Notes: generated by a model from the letters alone, not told the origin. Numbered from the stretch's first letter, positions 33,045-46,083 are shown. The stretch is DNA of 64,000 nucleotides from Oopsacas minuta (GCA_024704765.1 JAKMXF010000298.1:186001-250000), one strand, 5' to 3'. A program made the numbers and translations.

Positions 33045-35621
33045 ATGTCACTATCTAGTTTAGTAAGTAAAAACTCAATCGATTCAAACACAGATTCTAT
33101 TCTCTTACCTTCTATACGACCATCTGGTGCAAATCAAGTCGTATCAAGTACACCGAATTTACTAGTAGAGAGTACACGTATTCAACCTGTGTCTAGAAAT
33201 AGGAATAGTCCTGATGATACATTACATAACATCTCACTTCGCAGTCAAAGTTCAAGTTCTCTTAATTTGAGACCAAACAGCGCTAAATCACTTCGAACCA
33301 AACCAATTCTCGGGAACTCTACAACCTTAAATTTGACTCCAAATGGGAAACAGTTCATTGACATGCAACAGAAGTTAAAAGCTGAAAAACATCGTTCAGA
33401 ATTACGCGAAATGACGATAATATCGTTGAAGCAACAGCTAGCTCTTTTGCTTAAAGATAATCAAGAAAGTAAGCTTGCTACTTGTCAACTAGAACAGTAC
33501 AAGAATGCCTTTAATAAGATTGAATCTGTTTTCGATTTCGAGTTGGAATCTGAACAAGCAATTGAACCTTGTGTAGTGATTGCTCGTGTAGAACAAGTAT
33601 TAACAGAGACAATTAATCTTAAAGTTGAGCTAGACACAATGAACTGTTATATCAGTCAGTTGCAGAGGGAATTATATAGAGAAAAAGAATTGTCAACTGG
33701 TCTGAGGGAAGAAATCGAAATTAAAGAATCGAATGTTCTAGAACTAGAAGGAAGTAGTGTAGCAACTTCTAACAATCCTCAATATTTTAATGAAAATATT
33801 TTCGAACACCAACAAGTGGATCTCAACTCATCTTTACCCTGTCAAGAAACAGTTAAACAAAATTGCCTCATAAATACTGAAACCCCAGAAGTCGCACAAC
33901 GTATTATTGACTGTATTAATCGGCTACAGGACATACCATGTACCATGGATGATACGAACAGTTCAATCCTTGATTTGGTATCTGAATTAGAAAACGCGAC
34001 TTTTCATGTTGAATGCAATAAATCTCATTTAATATCAGGGCAGGAGCGATATGAAAGGTTGAGTGTTGAAAACCGCGCTAATAGAGAGACAATATCTAGA
34101 TTAGCATCTCAGCTGCAACATTCAGAAGAAGAGAAGTCTCATCACGATAAGATAGTATCAAGTCTCAAAGATGATGCCAGAAAATCGGAAATACAATCTA
34201 AATGCCTTGAAGCTGATATTATATCCCTTAAACTACAACTTGACCAGATTGTAGATTCAAAAACAACCTTACTTCAACAGTTAACACAATTACAGAACAA
34301 TCAAGAAAACGCTAAACGTAAATCTATTCAGCTATCAAATGAAAAATTAGAATTAGAATCAAAATTGAGTTCATTAGAAAATGCTTTGCAGCCATTCACA
34401 CAGTCTCTTAATCAAGGAGAAAGCCTAGATAATCACATAAAGAATTGTATCCATGGTTTAGAAGCTAAAACAAATGAAATAAACGAGTCTAATGTCATTA
34501 TAAGTCAGCTCAAATCTCGTATTGAAGAGCTAGAAACAGAGCTAACTACTGTACAAACACAATATAATGAAGTACAAACAAACAACAATAAATTTGCCCA
34601 AGAATTAACCTACTATGAATCTCAAAGTGAACTAATTCAAAGGAAAGAACAGCAATTCTCTGATTTCTGTCATCAACTAGGTCATGATATGTTAATAGAA
34701 CCTGAGCTTAACTATGTAATAGAAGGAGGAATAGCTTATGATACCCTGCTTGCTCGTGCTGAACAGCTAGCTAGATATGAGACTGAAAAATTGACTGAAA
34801 AGAGTCAAGCAATTGTTTCACTTAGAAACAAATTAAAACTCACTCAGCAACAATTACATAATAAAGAATTACAGATAGATGTGTTGCAACGTAGATACCA
34901 AGGTTTAGATGAAAAACATCGCGAGTTACAAGCTAATGAAGATGCAAGTAAAAAAGCGAATGAAGAGCATCAAAAAATCGCGAAAGATTGTTCACAGCTT
35001 AGAAAACAAGCTCTAACTAACCGCAATATTATCCAGAAATTAAAAGATGAATTGGAGCAAACTTGCGAAATTCGCAGGGATAACAAAAGCATGTCAACTG
35101 AAATAACACACTTAGACTGTCAAATACAGCAATTAACCATGGATAAGAAAAGATTACATCAACAAGTAGCCAGAGCAGCCAAGGAAATCACTCAACAAAT
35201 TCCAAAACAAGAGGTGATTAAAATCGAAGTTAATAATACGAAAATCGAAGAATTAAAATTAGAAAATGATAATCTACGTTCTGAGGCAATTAAGACAATA
35301 TCAGGACTAGACTCTATTAAAGCGAGAGAAGGCGAATTGATAGAAATAATTTGTACAATTGCAAATATGCTAGAATTGCCTGTGAAGACAAAGAAAAAAG
35401 GTTCAAAAGAAACATTTATAATTCCAACACAAGATGACATCAAATCCGCACTCACAGACCTGATTGAATCTAGTCGTATGCAACATGATGCAAACCGAGC
35501 ACTTAGAGAAAGTCTACTTGATATGGAGAAAACCTTTCGAAAGAATGTATGCCACACACTAGCATACATTAACGATGATGACACCATGGATAAATACGTA
35601 TTAGAAGTACCTGAACTATAA
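33045..35621 (+). CDS. CCDC170: Long coiled-coil protein, CCDC170-like
   Basis: DTLLARAEQLARYETEKLTEKSQAIVSLRNKLK..QQLHNKELQIDVLQRR parallels CCDC170 (VVLARTEQLVRLES..NLQRKLK..KELHMSLLRQK) as recalled. Single exon. Confidence 0.75.
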   Translation: MSLSSLVSKNSIDSNTDSILLPSIRPSGANQVVSSTPNLLVESTRIQPVSRNRNSPDDTLHNISLRSQSSSSLNLRPNSAKSLRTKPILGNSTTLNLTPNGKQFIDMQQKLKAEKHRSELREMTIISLKQQLALLLKDNQESKLATCQLEQYKNAFNKIESVFDFELESEQAIEPCVVIARVEQVLTETINLKVELDTMNCYISQLQRELYREKELSTGLREEIEIKESNVLELEGSSVATSNNPQYFNENIFEHQQVDLNSSLPCQETVKQNCLINTETPEVAQRIIDCINRLQDIPCTMDDTNSSILDLVSELENATFHVECNKSHLISGQERYERLSVENRANRETISRLASQLQHSEEEKSHHDKIVSSLKDDARKSEIQSKCLEADIISLKLQLDQIVDSKTTLLQQLTQLQNNQENAKRKSIQLSNEKLELESKLSSLENALQPFTQSLNQGESLDNHIKNCIHGLEAKTNEINESNVIISQLKSRIEELETELTTVQTQYNEVQTNNNKFAQELTYYESQSELIQRKEQQFSDFCHQLGHDMLIEPELNYVIEGGIAYDTLLARAEQLARYETEKLTEKSQAIVSLRNKLKLTQQQLHNKELQIDVLQRRYQGLDEKHRELQANEDASKKANEEHQKIAKDCSQLRKQALTNRNIIQKLKDELEQTCEIRRDNKSMSTEITHLDCQIQQLTMDKKRLHQQVARAAKEITQQIPKQEVIKIEVNNTKIEELKLENDNLRSEAIKTISGLDSIKAREGELIEIICTIANMLELPVKTKKKGSKETFIIPTQDDIKSALTDLIESSRMQHDANRALRESLLDMEKTFRKNVCHTLAYINDDDTMDKYVLEVPEL

Positions 35622-35740
35622 TACTATACTCTTAATATTTCTATGTTATTTCCTTATATTAATATCTCTATTTATCTCAAAATATATTTTCATAATTTTT
35701 ATTTGTTATCATATTGTTTATCGTATGTATTATTAGCGTA

Positions 35741-37535
35741 ATGAGTACTAGTTTGTCTGCTGGAGAATCTACCGAGGCGTTGACTGATCCACCTCCAAGT
35801 TCTGGTACTCTCTCTCCTACCTTAAGACTTGAAAATCTTCTTAAAAAGTGTAAAGATACACTAGATACACATCTAGCTAATCAATCCGATCTGTCTATTA
35901 ATGATTATTTTCCGTTAGCTCCTATAGAAAATGAGGGTAGCGATTTTAGGTCTGCTTCCCGAGAGTATAGGAATATTTCCTGGAAAGATATCAATCAGGA
36001 ATTGTTGATTCGGGGTCTACCGAGCATTTCTATCCCACTTGAAGTAGAAGGTATTATAATGTCTTTATCCATGGTCCAATACAATTATCATGTAGTAATT
36101 TCTTTGCCTGTATTCCTGTAGATGGTAGATTAATTCCTGGTCCTAATTTCCAAGATGTCGGCTTCATAATTACAAAGCTGTTACAAGAAATTAGTGAACA
36201 AAAATCTCAGCTTAGCGTTAATGAAGAAACTTTTACCAAAATGACTTACAACATGGAACAACACAACCATGAAGTTATTCAATTACAAGAGTTATTAACT
36301 ACGAAGGATAAGATCATAGGACAGCTAAATGACAGATGTTCCTTGTTAGATGCAAACTGTAACCAACTCAAAAGTGAATTGAATAGTCCACATTTGAGGG
36401 AGATTGAAGATATTCTTGAAGAAGGTAAATTATCGAAGGAAGGTTTGATTAATGCCCAGCAACGCGTGAAGAGATTGGAATGTGAGCTAATGACCCTCAA
36501 GTCTAATCAATTCGATGTGGTTATGCATGAAACTAACCCTTTCCTACAGCCTGGTCTACACTCACGTACTTTTGATAAGGAAGATAATTACCAAATGGCA
36601 GATAGCGGAGAAATTAAAATCGATAATTCCAACGAACTCCTCCAACAAATAGGTAAGATTACTTCCACTCTTATATTAAAGTGTGATCATTTAATTCTCA
36701 TACATTTATAGGTAGCTTTATACGATTATTATGCAATGAGGTTGGAGTTGATACGATAGCAGAGCTCTATACATCCATACGGAGTATTAAGGAATCGAAA
36801 CAAAATGCTGAGTCAATGGCAATACCTGTTTTCGAAGAGTGTGTACAATTAATGAACAATTCATCACTTCCACCCAAGCTTAGACCACAATCCTACGATA
36901 AAATAACGTTGAACGGATTTGTAGAACTCGTTAAAGTGTGGGTGGAAGAAATGTGTGGAATTAGACATTTACAGAATGTAATACGACAGTTGAGTTCTTA
37001 TGCAGTAGAAACCTGTTATAGCGGAAAAGAAAGGTATTTTCTTTTGGATTCTACAGATTATTCAGATGAATGGAGTATAATTGAAATGTCAGAATTTATA
37101 CAATCTGTGTTTCTAAATTCTACAAATGAAAAGTTGTTATCTTTCGATGTTCTAAAAGGTTTGTTTACGCATTTCGCGAATTTATTTAAAGTGCATGAAC
37201 CTGTCAATATTTTGACATTGATGAGTGACATACAGCGACGATTTGAAGAAATGGAAAATGTTCTCCGCGCGTGTAAAATCGCGATTGGTTTGAAAGAAAA
37301 TTCTTCGAATTCTTCCCTAACGAAATCTATCCAAAATATGTCCCTGAAAGATAATAATGACAATCTACCTATATCAACATTCGACCATTTAGAATTGTTG
37401 GAAAGAGTCAAATTCTATGAACAATTTTTCTTCCATTTCGAATGGATTATTGCGAAACTTTTTAAACTTTTGAGTATTGACAAACTCAGCGAGGTAATCC
37501 CAAAAATCGAACTTCTTACTCAATCAAAAAATTAA
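35741..37535 (+). CDS. CEP70: Centrosomal protein of 70 kDa-like
   Basis: N-terminal WKDINQELLIRGLPSI, a central coiled coil, and C-terminal FYEQFF..F..II.KL..LLSIDKLSEVIP. Exons 35741-36051, 36122-36652 and 36711-37535. Confidence 0.72.
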
Positions 37536-37679
37536 CATAACCTTCTTCACTTAGGCATGCTCATCTTATAAACATATTATCGTGTCTTTTATTTATTTAT
37601 TATTAATGCTATTCATTTGTTTAGTATTGTATTATAATAATTTCTTACCGAATTCGTTTGTTAAATAGTACTGTCAAGA

Positions 37680-37826
37680 TACGTTAGATGCTGGTTATAA
37701 GAAGACCCTTGGGAGTAGTAATACAAGTTCTTATAACCAATTTATATACAGGAATATATGAGAACCGTTTTCCAGAGGATTGTGCTTATATCCAACATGT
37801 TCTTCTCATATCCGACATCCACTGTA
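37680..37826. mobile_element. Degenerate Tigger-like MITE
   Basis: Left TACGTTAGATGCTGGTTATAAGAAGA versus the reverse complement of the right end TACAGTGGATGTCGGATATGAGAAGA. Confidence 0.6.
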
Positions 37827-39145
37827 TTGCTCTATAAAAATTGAAACAGATAAATGAATCCCGTTTTGCTCCTGACAAATATTTGTATAATCTCCATCTC
37901 TAAGGCTCCATCCTATCTACATGTCAAATCCCTAACTTATATTCTACAACTTGAACCCATATACCCTTTATCAAGTATATATTTATACATCTAATCTGCA
38001 TTTAAACCACTTGTCAATCATATATTGAATCTATCGCTAATAATACTTTGAATTAATAAATTGGCTAATCACTTTAATGTTTGACACGGGTTGAATAACA
38101 TAAAAGTGAATAGGATAATACTTCAAATGATTCCTATAATTACAACAGAACATGATTATACAATGATATACTACTTCATTCGTGTATGTTTCATGTTCCT
38201 AGTGTTTTAGAGGAAAAAAACAAATATTAGAGGGCTTTCATAATTCGTGTGTTTTTACTATATTTGTTTATTTTAGACATTTTCGAGTACTTTTCATTGA
38301 ACTGGTTCTTGAATGAATTGCATTATCATAAGATTAATTTTTATAAATTTGAAGAGACATGTCACTCCTTCCAAAATCATAGGATTTGACCGATTACGGG
38401 CTATGTTTATCACCGCAATGACCGAAACTAAATTCCCACAAAAATTTCTACATTTTTACACATTTCGATATTCAAAAATTCAAAAATTCGGTTAAACTTC
38501 ATATTCGCTTACGATTGTTGCAACATTTTCTACAAATCGAGACACTAATCGAATCTCAATAGTTACATTAAGAATTAAAGGTTAATAATTATTTCGAAAT
38601 TGCCCATTTTAGAATTATGTAACAATATTAATCTACTAAGGACTTGCTATGTTTTATTGTCTAAAACTATTGTTAATTCAAACCCCATCAATGTTCATTA
38701 ATTCCTCTTTAATTTTACCATCTGTGACTGACTCAAGGACAATTAATAACCTGATGTGATATTTGCACCTGATTAAACTCTTGTCCACACAATCTGCTCT
38801 ACACAAACTGCTAATAATGGACTTGAATACATTTATCGTTAGAAACCATCCAATGCATTCCCATTAATTAGCTATTTAGATAACTGAATGATAATTATCA
38901 GCTCACATACGAAACAGTAGTTATGTATTTGCTTATTCCTTTATGAGGATTCGAATTGATAGGACAATTAATTAATAATTAGGAAATTGTCTCTTTAATC
39001 ATAATAACCTGAAGACATTAATATTCGAGATAAACAGCTCTCATATGCTAACGTTCTTTGTGTTAGCAACTTGATTGATCGAAAGGAATTTGTTGTTTGT
39101 AATATTTAATTGAATTCCAAATGATTAACTTTATCATTAGCACCG

Positions 39146-41383
39146 ATGTATAGATGGCTACGAATCAGTTTAATTACAGTCGCGACAATCATTCCCATTT
39201 CTATGGTTATATTCTTAACAAAACGATTATTCTCACAAAGTGACACTAACGATCGAATAACACACACTTCCACACGGACTGACTCTAGAAATACAAACCA
39301 AACTTCGCGAAATTCTCCACAAATAATTCATAACTATAACGCGAATGTTGTTGAGTTCAATATTGATCAGAGAAATATCGGATTTATCATTGGGAAGGGT
39401 GGAGAAAAGATAAAACGGATACAGAATGAAGCTAATGTCCGCATTAATTTTCGTGATCGAGTGATTATGCCTACTTCACCTGAATCGCCTGCGAATAATT
39501 TTGATAGAATCGCGGTTATTTCAGGTCGTCCCGAGTGTACTCAACTCGCGAAGAGTATGATAGAAAAAATGTTACAAGAGAAATTTAGTGATGAGCGAGC
39601 AATGGAAGTTCGCATACAAATTCCAGATTGGATTTGTGGTCGTGTAATAGGTCACAGAGGCCAAAATATTAGAAGTATGCAGGCATCATCTGGCGCAAGA
39701 ATTGTTATAGAAAATCCCCCAAGCAATGTCCAACCAAGACAATTACGTAATTGTACTATATCCGGTTCACCTGATCAGATTCGCACCGCGAATGAGCTAA
39801 TCGAATACATCGTAGAACGCGAAACAAAGGCTAGAGCTCAAAGATCTGCTAGCAGTAGTTTCTATGGCAAATCAAGGAATATTTCAGCATCTAGTTATCT
39901 ATCTAGTCCTACTCGAGACAGGAGTAATCGAATGCATTACCTTACCAACTCAGATTTGAGGACAGATATAGATCCATTGGATAGTCCAATTAAAACTACG
40001 CCCTTTAAAAAGCTTATTTCCTTAGAACAAAGAGTCTACCTGATGTATTTCTGCCAACAAGTACAAACACATTTACAGACACTCCCATTGAATCAGGAAT
40101 TCTTCACAGCGTATGTATCTACTGTAGACAGAAACGCGTTTATCTGGATTCAATTGTTAGATAATATTGCAATGGAATTACAAAATTTAATCGATAAAAT
40201 GACTTTATATTATGCAGAATTATCGCTTGAAAATACGACAGAGTTCACTGATATAGCTATGCGTACAGACAATCTACCTGCGTTTGACACAGAGTCTGTT
40301 GATGAGAGTGTTGATATAGCTATAGCTGATAAGAGAAAGTTATCTTTGGAAACGACTAATAGCAGTCCAGGTAATAAACCCTTCTTAAGAATACAATTAC
40401 TGATTATATTCTGCCTGTAGCGACCACATAAATTCGGTCCCATTTGAATAGTAATCAACCCGTAAATAATGCCAATTTCGACCACAGTGGTGTACCCAAG
40501 ATCTGGTATACCCGGGGTTGGGAAGTGGCCAGGATTTCGGACCGGGGGAGATTTCCAGTTTTCCCCTCCCTAGGACTGCCACTGTTTCGTTCAACCGACA
40601 AGTTTCAATGTACGTCTGTATAGCTATGTGATCATTGTACCTTATAAGTTACCTCAGAAATGATGGTTTTATTCCTTCTAGTACTTCACAAATTAACATT
40701 AATTGAAAGGCATTGCATATTGACGGTAATGATCTTTTGCTATTTAATTTAACAAAAACTTTTTTCCAATAGACACTTCTGAAAGGGAACAAATCCAATT
40801 ACAGACTAATTATGACACAATTTGTGATTCAGACAATAGTACCGGATCATATAGTGAATCTCCCTCAGAATTAATTGAGTGTGCGATTACTCCAAATAAA
40901 TCAAGTATAACAATTTCCAATTTTCACCCAGGAATGCTCGTAGCTGCTCCTTACATAGATGATGACAAATATTACAGAGCTATTATAGATAAGTTAGATG
41001 AAAATTCAGCTCATATTTATTTTGTTGATTTTGGAGATTATGATATTTGTAAATTATCACTTTTACACAATCTTAAAGAAGAATTCAAATTTCTACCTTT
41101 TCAAGCTATCCTCTGTCAACTAAACGATATAGAAGTTGGCCCAAATGGTTTAAGCGAAAAGGCTTTTGATCGTCTTCAAGAATTAACCTATTGTGCTCAA
41201 TGGAAACGTATATGTGTTCTCCCATCCAAAAACACAGATCAACATATTCATGACAGTTGTATCCGTCAGTGTCCTAGAGTAACATTAATTGATACAAACA
41301 GTGAACATGATATTAATATAAATCAATCTTTGATTCAAGAACATTTAGTAACTAAAGCAGAATACCAGCATACCTTTAATTGA
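39146..41383 (+). CDS. TDRKH: Tudor and KH domain protein (TDRKH/Papi)
   Basis: N-terminal TM anchor, two KH domains (IIGKGGEKI; VIGHRGQNI), and an extended Tudor domain (GMLVAAPY..KYYRA..YFVDFGD). Intron about 40371-40811. Confidence 0.88.
40485..40584. mobile_element. 100-bp GC-rich TIR element in a TDRKH intron
   Basis: CAGTGGTGTACCCAAG...CTAGGACTGCCACTG, with flanks TTTCGACCA / TTTCGTTCA (7 of 9 match, an apparent target-site duplication). Confidence 0.62.
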
Positions 41384-41482
41384 TATACTCGTAAGTTCGT
41401 TTGGTGAGTGAGGTTGAAGGATCAAACATTTTTAGCAGATACAATATTTGTAGAGTTTAACTTTAATCAAACATAAACATAC

Positions 41483-41503
41483 ATATATATATATATATAT
41501 ATA
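41483..41503. repeat. (AT)n microsatellite
   Basis: About 10 AT units. Confidence 0.9.
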
Positions 41504-41583
41504 GTTTATTTCTTATCGTTTTGCTCTGAAACGGAATTGGGTCATTGCAAACGTTACCCTCTACAATCTCCCATCAGTATTTC

Positions 41584-41591
41584 TGACGTCA
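41584..41591. promoter_or_regulatory. Full CRE palindrome TGACGTCA between TDRKH and the homeobox gene
   Basis: Exact 8-mer; function unverified. Confidence 0.25.
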
Positions 41592-41601
41592 TAGTCGCAG
41601 T

Positions 41602-41710
41602 GAGGTCCAATGAACCCCAAAATCTATATGTCGTTGTAGTCTTTGTGGGGTCTTTTTGAACCCAAATTAATGGGGTCAAATTGGACCCGATGGTGTCACT
41701 CGTGGGTTAA
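41602..41710. mobile_element. piggyBac-like MITE remnant
   Basis: Repeated GGGGTC....GA(A/C)CC motifs and a GGGTTAA terminus typical of TTAA-specific elements; the left end is not seen. Confidence 0.45.
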
Positions 41711-43421
41711 ACAGTTGGTTAAGCACAATATAGTTCTCTTAAAAGAGCCATTAGTTAATCAAGCCACTTGGCCAGAAATAAAACCATGCAAAAGTGTTAA
41801 ATTACTCCATTTAATTGTGATCCTATTAAGCAGACAGTAAAATGGATATCTCATTAACACGAATGCGATTAATTTTTAAGCTCAGGATTTCTGGCCCCAT
41901 CAATATTTTCATTTATATTTGCCTTGGTGTTACCTATCACGGATAGGAGTACAAAATTTAATTAACAATCTCATAGCTTATTTAAGAGAGTCCACATTAT
42001 CCTACAAATATGGTAATTATCACCAAATGGTTACTTATTGGTCTCGTGTAACCATATTTAACTTTCCTCATATAAGTGTGATTAATTCTACACTTTATCA
42101 CTTCCTTACCGATTTCCCATTATCTCTTACTCCACAGATAATTAATTCACCCTAGAGATAGTATCTTGGTGATATTTAATTGAATATAGTTGACTACTAC
42201 TTCTTATCATTCATCACCTGATTATTGGCCTCAGGCACATATAACTGTACACAGTATACTTTATTATCATTGTAAATAAGCACTTAGCATAGCAGATTAT
42301 TCCAGATGTATGCTTCACAATTCATCTATTTATCTTACAAATATGACATCTTGCCCAAAAGTTAAGGTTTCTATCATAAAATGCTTGTTGAATGATTTAG
42401 CTATTACTCTATTAAGTTAGCGGACTTATTTGAATCCTTTCTGACTCTAAATTTCATTTGTACTCGATGGCTGCCAGGTCTTTCTTCCTGTCACCTCATC
42501 GTGATTAAATATGGGCTCAACGCAAATGTAATTTGTCTATGTTTTCGTTATATTATATAATTAATTCCACGTGATACATTGGCCCAATATCGATACCTGA
42601 GGATATAACATTAATATTCATTCATTTCATTCATTAATATATTTCAATTTACGGATTCACTGATTAAGCAATTGGTACCTATTTGACAATTTTGAACAGT
42701 TATCCAGGGAAACAGATTATTTATCGCCAGAAAGATTGTTGGTACAATTTCACGGGACCCTGTCAAGCATTAATCGATGAATTAGAATCATTTTGTTACT
42801 CTCTTAATCGTAATTTCCCTATATATTAGTGAAATAGATGCTTAAATATTGTGCATTTATTAAGTCTGAATTAGCATTTAGCGAGTAGATGTGAAATGCA
42901 AGCCTTGATTAGTTTCACAATTAGATGTGAGTGCTGTATACATAATTCTTACTTAGCTTAATATCTTAACCCATTCAATAATTTCATAAATTTCCACTGT
43001 AAACTATGTGGAAAATATCATTAGTAATATTCTGCTACGGAAACTGGTTAGCTACCAACTTCTATGTTATCTGGCATTTATGCAGTCGATTTCCAATAAT
43101 TTTCAACCTGTGGCCATTCACTGGCCAAGGATTGTCATTTTCACATAAAGTTTATAATAATAGAAATAAAGTAGCTTCAGTATAATTAGCAGATAGTTAT
43201 AATAGTTATGCATTGAATTTCATCTAAACTTCGCTTAATATACATTGAATTACATACATATATTGAAAGAAAAGGAACTCATTTAACGCATTACAAATTA
43301 TGCAGACAAATATGCAAGTGTATTATTTTTATTATTTTCTAGCTTTTTTGTGTTCATGAAGTGTAAGCGAGTCCTGCGAGGATCTTAGCGGCTTGCGAGT
43401 ACATCACATTGCACTGGTTAG

Positions 43422-44175
43422 TTAGACAGCTGGGGCGGTTACCTGTACAGAACTAGCTAATGGCATCGGGTATAGTGCAGGTGGTTGGATATTTGCCAAT
43501 GAGACAAATTGGTTAACTTGTGGCAATGCAGTACTCAACATCTGCTGACCCTGGATGCAGTAGCTGGTGGGTATGTTCAGGATTCCTTGGTTGGGGATAA
43601 CTTGTGCCATGTGTAGTTGGTAAGGGTTTAGTGCAGAGAGGAGGGCTCTGTTAGGGTCAACACGAAGTTTTTCGCGTTTTCTCCACTTTGCACGTCTATT
43701 TTGAAACCAAACCTATAATAGGAAATATCATCATAAATATGAGTTGATGTTTTGCGGAAATATTAAATGTTTTGATATTTACCTGAACTCGAGCTTCACT
43801 CAGATCCACATGAAAAGCCAGTTCTTCACGGGTAAATACATCTGGGTAGTGCATCTTTTGAAATGTACGCTCTAGCTCAGAGAGTTGCAAGTTGGTGAAA
43901 GTTGTCCTGTAACGACGTTTCTTTTTGCCTGGGGTTTCCTCATCCATTGAGTCTGTTTGGAAATCTTTCTCACTGTCTTCCCCGAGTAAATTCTTTTCAT
44001 TCTCATTCTCATCTGACAAGCTCTCATCTGAATTGTCCAGACAGTCAATCTTAACTCCTTCTTCCTCACTAATATCCATTGATAGTGAAGAACTCCTGCT
44101 AACAGCTGTATCAACTTTCAAGCCTAGTAATCCATTGATAGTATAGTTGTAATTTTTTGTGTTTTCGCGATCCAT
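43422..44175 (-). CDS. PRD-class Q50 homeodomain transcription factor (aristaless/Arx-like)
   Basis: [48 protein letters not shown]|[12 protein letters not shown], with an intron (43782-43713) at the classic codon 46/47 position. The 3' end is uncertain (see findings). Confidence 0.92.
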
Positions 44176-46083
44176 TTGGTCGTTAATTCAACGATTTATT
44201 TTGTGCGCTTTAACTATATTCTTCGTATATTTATAGTGCATGCAGTTTTCTAATAGAATGAATGTATTGCGAAACTAATTGCCAGAATATCTCTCTTCAA
44301 GGTCTTCAGCCTTACTGTATACAGCGCTAGCTAGAGCCTTTTTAAACTGAGGATATTCTTAAAGTTGATTTTTCTTGAGAGCTATTCTTTGTATCTTTAT
44401 ATAGATTTTCCTGCGAGCTCAAATTATCTCTTTAGATGATGAGTATCACAACTAATTATCGTATTCTTTCATCCACACACTTCTAATTACCTCTTTATCG
44501 ATCACATGTGGTCTATTAGTTCATAGCTACATTTTAGCTGCTGTTACATAGTATTATTTACTAATTGGCCTATTGTATTGTCGATTTACTCTTCTAATCT
44601 ACTTGTCACATCATAGTCCTACCACATAAACTAGAATCAATGTTTATTGCTTAATCGTGTAAGTACTAGTGAGTAATATTATTTCAATGCTCTCTTGACA
44701 ATGCTACATAAAATCATAATGCCTTAGCTTATTGGCGGATTTATCGTTTGTTGAGATATTCATTATATACAAATTTCGATATCAAATAGTTGGATTTTGT
44801 TGTGAATACCTAGGATCTGTCAATGCATTATTTGGCCTAATGACTTGTGAATTTTGACGGAAACCATGAAAAAGGTCTGAACTACCAAACGCAAGCCTAC
44901 AAGAACTCAAACCCCCAAAATATTAATCAACACAATAAAACACCCAATTGCAATCGTTGCATTGTAGAAAAGAAAATGGTTTGTTGTCTGAGTGTTCTAC
45001 TTTCAAAAGATATTGGCAAGGAACTAACTCATTACCATATTTTTCAAGTTATAATTTGATCTTTTGTTCTGGTTCCTCCTACCAATATTCTAATTGTATA
45101 ATTTGATATACCTCAACCATTTATTTACATAAGATTAGCTTAATAATTTGATTAGATTTTAATTAGCATAAAATGAGATAATTACTTTTTTCTGAATTAA
45201 TTATGCCAATTAATTACGAATTATATTTCTTATTATTAATTGCATTATGTCTTATATAACTTTGCACTACTTAGTTAGTAGTAGAATTGATCAGTTTATT
45301 AACTTACAAACTGTTTTATAGCATTTTTGTAATTGCTAAAATGATTTTGAATTGTTTGGAAAAGACGCATTTCTTTGAATTCTACTAAATATCCATTTTA
45401 GCAAAGATTGATAAGATTGAATTTTGATAATCTTGTTAGACATTACAAATGTCAAAATCGAAGTATACGTCCTGTTTACTCCTAATTAACAAGTGGAGGC
45501 TAATCTCTAGGATAATTTTGTAATATTCACCAAAAGGTGTGAAAATATACACAGGAAATTTTTCAAATGTCAGGTGCACATCTAGATGTCACTACGAGCA
45601 CATATGCCCAATTTGGTGTCTTAATCTCTAAAGGTGTGAACAGCTGACCGAAATATAGGTACTTAGTCGCACACAGTAAAAGTTGTTTCATTTCATATAT
45701 TATTATTTGATTTGAATATTTTCTAGCAAATGGTTGGGAACATTATTGAGTTGTTGTTTCGTACCACGGTGACCTACTTATTCTCGAAATTTATATTGCT
45801 TATGTTTGATCATATTAAGTTATAAAATTCAAATTATCTCAATAAACTTCTCGCAAAGTCCACACAATTATAAATTACTTAGTAGACTTTTAGTTCAACA
45901 AGGTTACAATTCTTTGCTCTAAAAAGAATGTGGAATAATGAGAGAACCAATTTTAGTTATTTATCATGCCAGCAAACAAAAATACATTATTATATTTTGT
46001 CTAGACCTCTCGTGTTGATCCACCCTTCTCTATTGTTGAAATTGATATTTCTTTATAAACAAAGTCTAGATTTACAAACATAA

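Noticed and set aside
37536-39145. Hidden gene in the 1.6 kb CEP70-TDRKH gap
   Set aside because: Only fragmented frames with frequent stops and repeat remnants; I could not build an exon chain.
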